Positions 49,644-63,549 of a DNA stretch of 64,000 nucleotides are shown here, piece by piece. Numbering within the stretch: position 1 is the stretch's first letter; each line of letters begins with the position of its first letter. The position numbers and the translations under genes were made by a program. The notes beneath the pieces were generated by a model. It had not been told where the DNA came from. It saw only the letters and a list, made by a program, of their open reading frames with translations, and did not search any database. Origin of the DNA: Mytilus edulis (taxonomy: Eukaryota); contig NC_092350.1 in the NCBI RefSeq assembly GCF_963676685.1, forward strand, positions 25,358,001 to 25,422,000. The letters run 5' to 3'.

Positions 49644-51359
49644 AAATTATCATGACATGTTCAAATTAACGGTTTACAAAACGTAACATTTTTCAAAATG
49701 CTAAAGAATTTCTACCATAGGGATAGATTATCTTAGCTGTTGAAATTGCTTCTCTATGCTCTTCCTCTTTGTATTTTTTTTTATTCCAACGACAATGATG
49801 AGTGTTTTGTAGACATACACGTTCTACGGCTGGTATCTATGATGAGTTTGTTAACAGCTACTGACTCGATGGTACTGCTGGTGGAGGTGTATCCCGATGG
49901 TATGACGAGCACAGTAGTCATTTCTGTGTTTTTTTTTAAATACTACGGATTTTTTACATCAGGAATAGATTAACTTAGCTGTGTTGTTTTGTGTGCTGTC
50001 CTATGTTGTTTTACGGGTTAATTTGTATTCTGTTTTAAGCTTGTCGAAATATACTATTGTTTTGTTTGTTTATTTGTGACTTCCTCTGTTTTGAATGTTC
50101 TTGCGTTTATTTTTACTGTATTCCTGTCATGTAAGGGTGTAATCTTAGCCTTATAATCAAAATTGCCATAAAAGTGCGAGATTTAGCTAGCCCAAACAAC
50201 AGGTTCAACTCACCATGTTTTCTACAAATGTCCTGTACCAAGTCAGGAAAATGGCAGTTGTTATCTTATAGTTCGTTTCTGTGTATGTTGCATTGTCGTT
50301 TGGTTTTTTGTTCACTTCAGTGTTTCTGTTGTTATGTTGTTTTCCTCTTATATTTGATTTGTAGCCCTCGGTTTTAGTTTGAAAACCGGATTTTGTTTGT
50401 CTCAATCGATTTATGACTTTTGAACAGCAGTATACTACTGTAACCTTTATTTAGCTATATTTTGTAAAACCTTGCGTAATTTTTAGTCGCAATGCTCTTC
50501 ATCTTAGAACATTGTTTGCCTTTTAAATTTTGTGGTTTCGAGCATCACTGCTGAGCAATTTATAGCCGAATCTTGCGTCTACTGTACAAAAGATTTAGCC
50601 TGGTATATATGATTAGTTTATTTAGCATTCGTTAATCTAATCATATTCAATGAAAAATGTAAGTTAATTTAATTGAAGCAAATGTATGTGCAAACAATTT
50701 GCATTTTGACAAGAAAGAAGTTTTAATCATAGGAATCTACATGTGACACAACTAAGGCAGTATGAGAATACAATCAAAACAGATATTTTGATAAACTTTT
50801 ATCGTTGTTATTTTTTTAAGTGCATGTGTATATAACAAAATATAGGTAAACGTGATCGTTGTCAAGCTATGCTATAATCGAGCACAATTCTCATATTTTG
50901 TACGCAGTAAAACGTTCGTTATGTATAAAGAACGTAATTATTAGAGGCATGATAAGAACAATAAAATAATAGAGTGTGAGATGTTTTCCAAAAAATACAA
51001 GTTGAAATTAGAACATCGGTTTTTAATATATCTGATTTTTGAAAAATACTTTGTAGGAAGCTTAACACACCAACTGCTACTAACGTAAATTCTTTCATTG
51101 ATCTAGAGTATCTGAAATAAAGTGAGTTTTTTTTTTAATTTTAAATCATTCAATATATTTCAGTAGGTTTTGAAAAGGAATTGGAAAATAGGAAATTTCA
51201 ATTACGATAAAATATTTCACCACGAGAATTGCTAAATGATTATGGTTAATTGTTGTAAAAAATATTTCAAATAAACATGACAATTTGTAGGCTACATTTG
51301 ATTTTGTAAAATTTTAATAATAAATCACAGAAAAATAGTCTTTTTTAATTTACATTTAG

Positions 51360-51662
51360 GAGATCCAAGTGACATTATCTATGTCAAGGTGAACTCATCA
51401 GTCCTCTTCACATGTCCGTTATCGTCGAACATAGGTTCCATTATATGGCGTGGACCACCAGATCTAATGTTGTACGGAATAAATGAGAAAGTAAATGACA
51501 AGCTTAAAGAGGATGGTCGCATATCCATTATCAAAGACGAGGCGACAAGACAATACAATTTACATTTTGAAATGTTTTTTGAAAGCGACAAAGGTCTTTA
51601 TAAATGTGATACCATTATGGATGGGAAGACGAAAGAGCATGCATTTGTTTCTATGTTAGCTG
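51360..51662 (+). CDS. Protein B exon 2 (Ig domain 1, V-like)
   Basis: VLFTCP...IIWRG...YNLHF...DKGLYKC; phase 1-1. Confidence 0.88.
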
Positions 51663-52317
51663 GTAACGTATTATTATGATAACAAATCATTACTCAACAA
51701 AATTCAGGAACTGTTTTGTTTCATATTTTTACAAAATAATGACATTTATTTACATAATTATAACAATTATGAAATAAATGATATGCATATATATTACCCA
51801 TTTCAAATAAGCTAAAATGTTTGGTAGAACCATTTCCAAGAGATTTATATAATTTGTTCTAGTGTTTGACTGTTGTACCACTGTTCCAGATGCATGAGGT
51901 GGAGGTTTGTCGCTTACATACTTGTTTAATCCGTCCATGTTTGCTTGTGCCTAGTAAAGTACCTATAATTAAGTTGTTGTCGTTGGTTAATATTTGTCAC
52001 ATTTGTTTTTCGTTAATTGCTTTGTCATAAATCAGTCCATTGGTGTTCTTATCTAAATTATTTTGTGTGTTATCATATGAGAGTATCTTTTATTTCTAGC
52101 TGACTATACAGTATGGGTTTTGCGATGTAGATGGCCAAATTATGACGTATAGTTGTTTAAGTCCGCATCATTTGGTAGATACAAGAACAAATTGACAATC
52201 AGACTAATTATCTTTAGTGATATATAAGGTTTCTTCATTGTATGCAATGCTTTATTGTTGATAATGATTAAAATTCAAACCACATAAATACAAAAAGTAT
52301 CAAAATATTGTTTGCAG

Positions 52318-52593
52318 AAATACCATTCAGCATTATAATAGGCAGAGACAATAGTTTCGAAAGGATAATCGGATTTGAAGGTATGGCCATGGAAGTAAAT
52401 TGTACCGTAATTGGAGGTTTACCAGAACCTACTTTGTCTTTACTACATCGAGGTAGAGTGGTGAATGTAACAAATACAACAATGGTTCAGTATATATTTA
52501 TACCTTCCAAAGAGGACCATATGGGCAATATCACCTGTATAGCAGACAACGGATTCTTCAAACTTCGAACAACATTGCCACTCTTTGTAAAAG
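52318..52593 (+). CDS. Protein B exon 3 (Ig domain 2, C2-like)
   Basis: VNCTVIGGLPEPTL...PSKEDHMGNITCIADN; phase 1-1. Confidence 0.88.
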
Positions 52594-53012
52594 GTTTGTA
52601 TTACAGTTTTGTTTCTATGTAATGATATGTGTAGTTTACCTTGCACAGATTTGTTCAGTTGAAGAAGGAATAAACATTTAGAAAACTTTTCTTCCGTATT
52701 TTGAAAAGTGTAATTAACTTGCATTAGTGTCCGTCTTTATAGCACTACTTATATAATAGTTCTTGAATAACTGGTCATTATCGTGATATATGGACTGCCC
52801 ACAGGACAGTGGTATTGACTAAGATAGTGATAATGACTGAGCCGAAGGCGAGGTCATTATCGCTGTCGCAGTCAATACCACTGTCCTACGGGCTGTCCAT
52901 ATATCACGATAATGACCAGTTAATCAAGAACTATTATGTTTATTTCATTGAGAAACAATGTTTCTAAAAGAATTCATAAATTCAAAGTAACCTCAAGTGT
53001 ATGTATTTATAT

Positions 53013-54104
53013 TAGGGATGTCAAAAGATCTGAAATTTAATACTCGGATACTCGGTCAAGATACTCGAGTACTCGCGAGTACTCGGATGAATCTTAAACG
53101 TCTATTGAAAAATTGAGATTTAAGGTGGGATGCAGTGTTTTTGTTACATATAAAACTAACGTACTACAAACATTGCTCCTCTGTTTCTGTGTCAATTAAG
53201 CAATGAATTACCGACTGCCGTTTTCTACAATAACCTATCATAATAGCAATTATTGTTTGTGTACGTGTTCATGAACCAAATTACAATTAAAAAAAAATAT
53301 TGGTATATAAAGTCCGACAAAGTAGCCAATATATGTATCATCTGTTCATGAGGAGTTGGTATCTTTTATGATAGGACTTGTCCATTAATTTGGCAACAAT
53401 AATATTGGACTTCAAATTACTTTTTTGTGTTGCTCAGTCTTCCCTTTTTGCACCATCGTTTGTCTGATTTTCTTTTTTTTTTAAAGCCATGACGTTGTCA
53501 GTTTATTTTCGACTTTTTTTTTTTTTTAAATTAAACAATTATAGTTAAGTTTAAAATACAGAGTGATTAAATTAATTTAAATGTACATCTCATACCAATC
53601 ACGTTTACATAGAAGTCTTGATTAACAAACAAAGGTGAGTTTAATGGCTTGTGACGAGTTAATTATTAATCCATAAAAGTGTTGATCCGTATACAAACAC
53701 CGTTAAAAATGTCCCTAATCTGTTGCGTAGGGTTCACCGCCGGTCACTTTGATTTTGTTCTTATTTAGAAATATGATCTGGTCAACAATTTCAGACGAAA
53801 GACTGTTTGACTTTCTATTTTTTGTTACAAGTAGTGTACATGAAAACATTCCCTCGGAAGGAAAGGACGTTGCTGATACTACTTTAACAAAAAGTAGCCT
53901 CAGGATAAACATATTTATAATCTTAATTGATTTTATTTGATTACGAAGGGGATATTTCATCGGAACTAAAGTGAGTGGAAATGTGAAGAGAAAATATCTC
54001 AAAATGTATAATAGGCAAACGAGTATCCGAGTACTAAAACTGTACTCGAGTACTCGGCCTTCCGAGCGAGTACCCGAGTACTCGAGTACTCGTTGCCATC
54101 CCTA
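53013..54104 (-). mobile_element. Non-autonomous hAT transposon nested in the Crypton
   Basis: TIRs tagggatgtcaa / ttgccatcccta; perfect 8-bp TSD atttatat (53005-53012, 54105-54112); remnant SATSFPSEGMFS...LSSEIVDQIIFLNKN resembles the hAT C-terminal dimerisation domain; gagtactc subterminal repeats. Confidence 0.92.
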
Positions 54105-54326
54105 ATTTATATAGGAAAGAGTGAAGACCGGGCATAGTTTTAAATGACTATAAGTCAGTGCCATTCATTGAGTGCAATTTTCAGTATATGAAATACAAAA
54201 TAAAATTTTCTATAACTTTATAAGTAACAAAAACATATATGGTTAACAATTCAACAACAACTATAAAATGAAAACAGGAAAATGTTCAACTGGAAAAAAT
54301 CCACATAGTACATGTATAAATTTAGT

Positions 54327-55245
54327 CTTTGCCATGTCTTCATCATTAATCACAGGTTTGTGAGTTACATCACCAAGTCCACTTTTTTTTCAAGTCTATA
54401 CAAACAGCCTCAAACATAGCCTTACTACGGTTAAAATTTTCACCACTGATAATATTGATCTCCCGTCTACGTGGGGGTTCAGTGTAGTACCTGAAAAATA
54501 AATGACACATATAAATACACATACAATTCACTACATTTTGATATTTATCATGATTATAGTATATGTAAAAAGTACATGAATTAAAGCTAGTTATTCAAAC
54601 TCAGTTGCAGTGTACACCCACAAGAATCAGGGCTTTTAAAGCTGACTATGGGGTATGGGATTTGCTCATTGTTGTAAATTTTTGTGTCATTTTGTGGAGA
54701 GTTGTTTCATTGACAATCATACTACATCTTCTTGTTTATATATCTACCCAGAAAATTAAAGGAACGTGCCTGGAAAACATGTAAACAAATTGATTCGGGT
54801 TTGGAATGCATTGATATTTAAAATTATCAACACACAAAGTAACATAATTATCTATAAAAAATGCACTTGCACAAATATAAATAAAGTTCCAGACTGGCAA
54901 ACAGTAAACATTCACAATGCAACTCGAGTGTAACTACCTTTGAATGCCGGCTCGTGTTGACCTCAAGCTTTGGACAGCATACTTTTCTCCATTCTTGTTT
55001 CTTAGTGATGGGTAGAACTTTTCAAGCAGTTGATCAAGAGCATTGTCGGGAAGCAGGTCAATGGCCACGATCGTCTGATAGTTCGCCGCTGCCATGCAAT
55101 AGTCATGAAAAGTCTTGACTGCATATTTGGTGGCTGCTTTGGTGCTCTCGGCATTCTTGTTGCTGAGGAGTTTATCTCTGTCAGCTTCAGAAAGTATTGC
55201 AAAACGTTCATTATAGTTGTCTGCAGTAGCAGACGATTCTTCCAT
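54327..55245 (-). pseudogene. Crypton recombinase N-terminal region, spliced, frameshifted and truncated
   Basis: ERFAILS...STKAATKYAVKTF...LDQLLEKFY..LRNKNGEKY...SLRSTRAGIQR | YYTEPP...INIISGENFNRSKAMFEAVCIDLKK(+1 A)SGLGDVTHKPVINDEDMAK; AG|gtagtt and tttttcag|G splice sites. Confidence 0.78.
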
Positions 55246-55871
55246 TTTCCAAACTGTCAAATGTAAACAAGTCTGAATCGCGATTGCGTTTTATTTCGTT
55301 ACGTCACTCAAATAGACACACCACGCCCCACCGGTCAATATCATGTAAAAGTGATTGTTAATGACCGGTTTTCCGGTCCGTTTTGTTCTGTTAGTGACCG
55401 CTGAAATTAATTACTGAAGAATAATGAATGCCATGTGACCTCTTTTTATCCAATAAGAGAAGCTTATTTTTAACCGATATGAAATAACATGGTGTAATGT
55501 TATAGATATAAATCCGTAATGACCGATCAAAGCCAAAGTGAGACGTAATGTTTTGCCTCGAGATAAAGGATTCGGTGTGACTTTATGATAAACAAAAACA
55601 CACACAAAAAACATTATAAAAAAGATGTTCCGTTTTTTTTATATATGCCAAAGTGAGTGCATGAATTTTTTGTGATGAAGTAATACACAATGTGCATTCT
55701 TAAAATAAAATTTATTAAAGCTACATATTCTTTAAAATGCTTAGCAAAACGTTGCTTGGTACTTGGACATTGCATGACAACAGACATGTGCTACATCAAA
55801 AGTAACATCATCCTAGTATATATAAAAAAAATATATGAAATTAATAAATCAACGTTCGTCGTTTATTGCAG

Positions 55872-56129
55872 TGACACCGAAAGTCCATTTGTATGCTGAA
55901 CCATCACCAAATGTTACAGAAAACAACAACGTGACACTCCAGTGTTTAAATGACACAAGTACTCATCCTACAGATTTTGTTTGGATATTCAACAAACAAG
56001 TCATTGCTGGAGAAATTCATGACCATTTATCTTTGGTAAAAGTGCAACGACAGCAAGCTGGGCTCTATACATGTGAAGTTACAAGCAGTGCAGGAACTGT
56101 TGAAGATAGCTTATATTTAATCGTAAAAT
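55872..56129 (+). CDS. Protein B exon 4 (Ig domain 3)
   Basis: NVTLQC...FVWIFN...VQRQQAGLYTCEV; phase 1-1. Confidence 0.9.
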
Positions 56130-56373
56130 GTGAGTTTTAAACTTATCTTGAACGATAATAATTCCACTATAACAATAAAGTTAACAAAGTGAATTTAAAG
56201 AAAAAATAATGAATATGATTGTCATAAAACGTGTTACTTGTTTTAATTCAAAATACTTTTAAAAATGTACGACATTAGCATTAAAAGCTAATAATTGAAA
56301 ATCAAACAATTCGATTTTGCCCCTTTTCCTATTGAATAAATAATGTTACTTATTGGTCTCCTTTGTTTATTAG

Positions 56374-56655
56374 ATATGCCCACAGTAGCTGATAATTTCA
56401 CAAACTACAAATATGAAGCAGAGCTCGGACAACCGATCAAAATAACATTGATCATTGATAGTTTTCAAAAGCCTGATATTTCATGGACTGTGTCTGCAGG
56501 AGGAAAATTGGGATATTGGACAGTTAGTGCTAAAACAGATCATTTATATTCCGTTTCAACTACAATCCTTCCAGAAGAAGATAGTCACTTAGGAGAATAT
56601 GAAATGAGAATTAGAAATGATGTAGGCACTATCGATGTCGTCATTGAACTTGTTT
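56374..56655 (+). CDS. Protein B exon 5 (Ig domain 4, cysteine-less)
   Basis: GQPIKITLIIDSFQKPDISW...GEYEMRIRNDVG; phase 1-1. Confidence 0.85.
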
Positions 56656-57059
56656 GTAAGAATTTTATATTATAACAGACCAAATCAAAACCGATTTATT
56701 AATAATTTCAAAAGCCGTCAGAAATTGAGAACGGCATTATGCTTAATTCATCCAAGTAACCATAAGTAACCATAATTGACTATTTGATAACACATTGAGT
56801 ATACAATTCATGATGAGTTGATTAAGCATTAATGTTATTTTGAATACTTGCATTACGTTTTTACCATATATAAAAAAAAATAATTCAGTGCTAGTATGCA
56901 ATCATGAAACGTTGAGTGCTTTGTCAATTTCTATAATTTTGAGATTGTTTCATCCTTTGACGAATTGTCATAAAATTGAAATTTTACTAAGAAATTATAT
57001 AACTGTGCTCCTTGTTATGTTTTTACTTTTTTTCAAGCAATGAAATAATATATTATCAG

Positions 57060-57341
57060 CTGGAGTTGTCACTGTAGTACCATATGAAGCAGTTTGCAAT
57101 ACTTCAGAAAGTGTGGAACTGACATGTGTTAACACGGACAAACATTTACAAACAGAATGGACTGCTAAATGGATCCATCAGCTAAATAGAATTTTTATTC
57201 GATCACCCTCCTCGGAAGTGAATGGTAATATTTCTACTTTGACAATAAAGTTCTGCGATTACAAAGATACTGGGACGTACATATGCGAATGGACCTCAGA
57301 CGAGAAAGTGTACAAATCAAGCGCAAAAGTAACTGTTCATG
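57060..57341 (+). CDS. Protein B exon 6 (Ig domain 5)
   Basis: VELTC...KWIH...STLTI...DTGTYIC; phase 1-1. Confidence 0.88.
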
Positions 57342-59159
57342 GTACGGGCATGAATATTATCATATTGTATTTAAAAATTATCTTTCTAAAATACGCCGAT
57401 GTCATCGGTACATGTATATATATCACATTCTATTGTGTTTTTCGTCTTCATTTTCTTGTGTTTATCAAGAATGCTGAATTTAGTAATGTGTGTCTGGTGT
57501 CGAAAAATGCATACTGCAAGCATCTACAGAACAAATACATGGGGTGATCTGATGTCCACATATATTAGACTGACGCCGTGATCAGGATATTTTAAGTGGT
57601 AACTCTTGTTATAACAATATGTTGAACGGAACATCCTCCTTTCGATTTATAATGTGGTATGATGTAATATCAAGTGGTTTGTGATTCTTGATACATAGCT
57701 TATGTATTAATTTAATGACATTCTGAAGAAAAAAACATGCAGTCTTCGCCCTTTATTGAGATCTAATATGATTTGTAACAGACATTTCTTAATTTGGTGC
57801 ATAACTAAGTATTATTTTGAAAACTAAGGTATAAACTCATTTAGTCAAATCAGACCTTAGGTTGAACTTTTCATATCCTCTTAGATCATATAGCTCTTCA
57901 TGTCTCAAAAAAGTAAAATAACAAAAAACTCTGGAAAAGTCCATCACTGACTTTCATTTATTTACGTTCGTATGTTAACTATGAAGGTATAAAGTAATCA
58001 AAGTACTGAAGTACTGAACAGAAAAAAATCACAACTCTATACCTGAAAGTGAGGTTAATGTACAGATATGACTTTGTTCTGGGATAAGTTCGTGCGTAGA
58101 CGATAAATTGATGACGTGGAATTCATTCTCACCGTAATGACTATTATATTGTAGTGATACAAATCAGTATACTCTGGTTTATTGTTATATACTATATTAA
58201 TACTTGTATATAACAGTTACATGTATATATAATTTTCATGCATTTGTATATCATACTATTCTACTATATCAATAGTAGTGCAGTGCAAGTGCATGGTGGA
58301 CATGTCACTATACTGTAATAATTCAATTTTCTTAATAGAATTGATTTGAGTAGAAAAATCTTTAATCATCCATGCTGAGTTATCGTTCCTTAAGATTACA
58401 ACTGACGTTTTTGAGATATTCTTCCGCATGCGTGTGCATATATATTAATGATATTGCACTTGTATGTATATACATATAAAAAACATTTTAATAATATTAA
58501 TTTATCTTCTTTAAAAAGTATTTAATGCGTATTCATTGAAGAAATAAATTTATAACAAGCGATAAAGAATGTTAGTTTGCACTTGATGATATCTACGTTT
58601 TCATCATGTTTATAGATCGGTTAAAAGCCCAAAACAATTATTACGTAATAGAAATCGAGACAATAGCAATACACTGGAAGATCCTCACGGTCATCCGCTG
58701 TAAAAATTATTATTTTCATTTCTAAATGCTGAGTGTTTAGTGGGTAATCATTTGAACGCATTTTAAAAGTTTTTGGTTTGACAAGAATCGCAATCGAACA
58801 CACGGCACTATGATTGGCTTTCAATACGGAGCCTTGGCTCATACCAAACAGCAAGCTATAAAGGGCCCAAAAAACTGTCTACATAAGAGTAAACAGTGGA
58901 ACTCGAATCGAATCTATAGAAGGCAAAGTGAAATACGACGTTGAAGAGTATTCAAAATTCAAAAATTCAGAAATACTGTACCAAATCTAACATGATAAGT
59001 CATCGTTTCCTAGAAGTAGAGACTCCATAGTTTCGACTGATTTTTAACATTTAATAAAAACTATATATTTAAACGCAAAAGAAAAAGAGTTATGTTGTAA
59101 ATTCTTTAAAATTTGCCATTTTATACATGTATCTTATTAACGCGGATATTTCTTTGCAG

Positions 59160-59531
59160 GTCTTCCAGTATTTTCGTTTACTGACATAGTCGTTCTAAAC
59201 AAAACTAGTGTGAACCTTGATGTTTACTTTTATTCAAAACCTGAACCAATTCACATAAAGTGGTTATTCAACAGTAAAACAATACAGCATCCTAGTACTT
59301 TACCTCTTACCAAACAATACGTCAATCTAACTGTCTACAACAAATTAGTGCCTGTTGAAGGATTTAAAGCATCCATGTTGTTACGAACGGCATCAAATTC
59401 CTCCGGTTTTGTTTACACTTGTTCAATACGAAATCATTTCGGTATAATAGAAGCAAACTTTCAAGAAAGGGAAGTTTTAGATGCTATTCTCATTTGGGAA
59501 AATAGAACAAAAGTAGGAAATAATAACGAGG
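59160..59531 (+). CDS. Protein B exon 7 (Ig domain 6 plus stalk)
   Basis: FYSKPEPIHIKW...YTCSIRNHFG; phase 1-1. Confidence 0.85.
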
Positions 59532-60177
59532 GTTTGTATACCTTACACTTATGCCATTATTTTTTATGACAGTGTATACAGGTACTTTAGTTTTTAACAA
59601 AATAGATTTTAACAAGTTCTCTTTCCCTTTTGGTTGCAATTATTTAATATCATGTATTATGATTTTTATCATTGATATTTCATTTCCTTGTTATACTGTA
59701 TGTTCTTTTCGTATAATAATCAAAACATATTAAAATTAATATTATGGTCTTGATATTTCATTTTATGAAACTACATCATGAACGTTAAACATTATTTTCC
59801 TTATTATCTACTTTTGAAGAGGGGATACTGTAACATTACAAACCATCGCAGGACCAAGCTGACAAAAACTGTAATGCAGAGGCATCTTGATTAAAAATAA
59901 CCATTGTTAAGCTTTTTTATCTTATGAAATGAAAAGTCATGTACAACTTTCTTCTTTTACTGGGAAAACAGGTCTTGCATGTCTATAATATTAAAATTCA
60001 CCAAAACTGAGCAAAGCATAATTTGATTGTATGAATATATTTAAAAACATACTACACACAAGCTATTTGAAGCAAATTCAATTATGTAGATTTGAACATA
60101 TGCATTCTTTTCTCTGTATGCAACACCTGTACAAGAACTGCTTCATTTCGTCTAGCTGTGTATTATTGTATTTGTAG

Positions 60178-60298
60178 ATAAAAGGCGACTGGATTATGCT
60201 TATGGAACGGTTGGTGCTTTTCTTGGTCTTACGATAATTGTTGTACTTATTGTGGTATTATATCGAGCAAAACTGATGAAGAGAGTTTCACAAGATAA
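60178..60298 (+). CDS. Protein B exon 8 (transmembrane helix)
   Basis: YAYGTVGAFLGLTIIVVLIVVLYRAK; ttgtag acceptor; donor position (AA|gtacat) chosen by phase compatibility. Confidence 0.8.
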
Positions 60299-62257
60299 GT
60301 ACATAAGTATTAAACAGTGTTTCTTTCCACAGAATGAGTTTATAGTGTAGCAAGGCATAGTAGGCTTGCAATGCATATGAATAAACTGTGATATTTAACT
60401 GGACAGGTACAATATTACTACACACCAAAGAGACGCCCAAAGTATTGATTTTATCTATCATCTTTTCACCTTTAATCTAAATCTATTGCTTTCTGTACTG
60501 AGAGTAAAGGTTAAGATATCAAATACACTTGTAAAATAAATTCAATATTGATGCGTCCGGTTACAATCAGGATTAACTCGTATCCGTTGCATATAAATAA
60601 GATTAAACTAATGTCTTGGTATATTGATAAACACCAGCGACAATGCATGGCACGAAAATTCATCTCCAGATCAATTGAAAGTCTTCATAAAGCATATAAG
60701 TTGGCTATAATTCTGAAACTTTAAAAAAGAAAGCAAACAGCTTCATTATTATAAAACTTCACATTTAACACTTTTAAAAACACAAGTACAGCGTCTGGCG
60801 TATAATTAAGTCTGGTATCAATGAAGATTTTAGTTTAATTTAGACGAATACCCTATTTAGACTTAGTTTAGAAGTATATATCTAAATAAAATAGTTACAC
60901 CATTTATACAAATCTCTCCTATAATACATTTGTGCAACCAAATGTGTTGTTAAGTCGTTTTCCTATTAACAGGAGACTTAACTTTAAACTGCTAACTTTA
61001 AATTACACTAATATTGCTGATACAATTTATTTCAAAGATTTTATGATATTCACCTTCAAGCTAAAGACAAAAAATTAACAACATGCATGACCCTCATGCA
61101 TCGCAAACAACCGAAAACACGTCTAAAATCCTCAATTTGGAGATTGAATTTATTAGCATGACTTATATGAAAATGTTTTGAGTTTTTTTGGGGGGTAAAT
61201 CCTAACTGCTTTTCTACTAGCTATATGAGATTATAACAAAAGCAACATAGTCCAAAAACTCCCAATACCGTAACATTACCTGTACTTAAATACATGAAAC
61301 TGCACGATAGGTTTAATAATACAAAAAATGTACTCTAAGACGGGTCTGTGTCATCACAGCTGGCAGTGGATCACTATTTCCAACCACTATTATCCGTACC
61401 TTAGTCTGTATTTTTCTTATAAGGTTGCAAATCGTTCGAGGAATGCTAACCTTTTTATACATGTTGAGAATGTTTTATTGGACGCAGTTTTTAAAACATA
61501 CCATACCGAAAGACATCAGTTCAAACGTATGTTTTGGTATTCCAAAGTTCTGTTGTTGGGCAATCGTTTGAAAGCTAAATATAGTTTCGTGAAGAGTTTT
61601 CTGGACAAGACACATACGCGAACACATACCGGTTTTTTAAACTTACACTGTAGATCAGTACCACACTAGATTACTCTGAGTTCTCGATAGAACAATCTAT
61701 TTTGTAGCCTCAGCTTTTGGAATTTCCATCATCTTTAACATGCAATTTGTTATTACTTCCTTTGTATAACTATTATACTCAACACTGGCATTTGTCCAAA
61801 AAGTCAGATAATTTTCTACGTAAGGAAATGTATATACCAAGTCAGCGACATGACAGTTGTTTTCCATTCTTTTGTTGTGTTTGAGTAGGAATATATACAG
61901 TATATATGCTGTTCAAAGGTTTACGCTTTTGATTCTGTCAGTTGTTAACAGACTTTCCGTTTAGAATTTACCTTGGCGTTTGGTGTTTTTGTTATTTAAA
62001 TTATTAGTAAATATCAAGCTTTGTTAACTTCAGCTTAGGTTCTGCTGTCGTGTTGGTTTTGTTTTGTTTTGCTGCTATTATTTATTGCGTTTCAAGATAC
62101 AGGATACATTCAAGTGGGTCAGATGCCCCTAAGCGATTGAATAAAATGTTTCATGTGTCTCAGGTAATCTTTACAAAAGTCAGACATTTTTTTTTTTTGT
62201 AATATGCTTAATTGGCTTTAATAGTGCAAAAATCATAAAATGTTAAAGGCGAGAGTT

Positions 62258-62494
62258 AGGCAGCAACCATTTGATTCGCTGGGAGGGGGGGGGGGGGCTA
62301 TGGATTTTTTTGGAAAAAAAGTTTGTTTCGAAGTTTTTGGGGAAAATATGTAATGTTATAATTGAAAGAAAAAAATTGTTTTCGACTTGTCGCCAAAAAA
62401 AAATAATAATTGATTGTTCGCCTTCGGCGACAAAAAATTTGTCCGAAAAAAAGCCCCCCCCCCCCCCCCCCCGAAAATCAAATGGTTGCTGCCT
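62258..62494. mobile_element. Short MITE with aggcagcaaccatttgatt TIRs and G/C homopolymers (partial relative at 28945-29142)
   Basis: aggcagcaaccatttgatt ... aatcaaatggttgctgcct; TTAA-like flanks. Confidence 0.8.
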
Positions 62495-62707
62495 TAAATT
62501 TATCACTTGTCTGTATCTACATAAGTTGAAGAGCAGGTAACAAAGAAAGTTACTCAAACACAAAAAAAATAAATACAAAGTTTTGTCATCAACTTGGCGG
62601 CGCAATATCGTATTTTCAAATTGTTCGTTTTGTGCTATTGTTTTATAAGTAAGCAGTCAAATCAAAGACATTTATCTAATTATGCATTTTTTTTCTCCAC
62701 ATGTTAG

Positions 62708-62755
62708 GTATGTTCCGCCCCAAGCTTTAGCCTCGGTAGATACCACTGGGCAAAG
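62708..62755 (+). CDS. Protein B exon 9 (cytoplasmic, YVPPQALASVDTTGQ)
   Basis: 48-nt phase 2-2 exon with a pyrimidine tract, tag acceptor and gtattg donor. Confidence 0.6.
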
Positions 62756-63549
62756 GTATTGTATTGTTTTAATTCAAGTGTATAATAAAGAAATTATATC
62801 ATCTCAGATATCAGTTTTCCCTGTTATAAACTAATAAGATAACTTGTCTAAATGGGTCATGGTAAGCCATTGTAAATTACTTTATCTGAATTTTCCCCTT
62901 ATAAATGTTTAGTTATAGTTTTATATCTTAACCGCATAAAGTGTGTCATAAATTCACTATATAATTTAATATATATCAAATGAATATATACATGATAGCA
63001 CTTGTATTTAATCAGATACATAATATCCCGTATCATTGTACAATTATTTATGAAAAATGTGTGCACAGTCTTCAATCCAGTAACGTTAGAAAGGATATAG
63101 AGCAGTGGGGTTGCTGTTGGGTTAGGGTTTTTTAAGTAGCTCCTTCCATACTCAATGTTTCAATCTTTTCAAACTCTTAGTTTGCCATTTACTACTATCC
63201 AGGGGTGGATCCAGCCATTTTTAAGGGTGATAGCAACCCAGCACAAAGCGGAGTTCCAACTATAATTATGTCCCCGTTCAAATGCATTGATCGTCAAAAA
63301 CGGGGTTCTAACCCCCGGACCAAACCTGTATCCCCCACTGCTATGCTATCGGCATGCACGTTGTGTGGAATATATCCCCGAATGGCATGTTGTTTGATCT
63401 TATCGTCGGTAGTATATTGCATGTCAAACAAAGATGACTGTACAGTAGTTACATTACAAACATCAGGATACAGCTACTTGTTAAATAATAAAATGGATGG
63501 TTTATCCATGATAATAATGAATCAGATATCTTTCACTTTCATTTTTTAG

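Larger units (their letters stand above)
52753..55490 (-). mobile_element. Internally deleted Crypton-type (tyrosine recombinase) transposon with a terminal 185-nt hairpin, in intron 3 of gene B
   Basis: Two-exon N-terminal Crypton/ZMYM-QRICH1-KCTD1-like coding region (55245-54938, 54490-54327); palindrome at 52753-52937; short inverted match atgtttatttcat / atgaaataacat suggests the far end. Confidence 0.72.
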
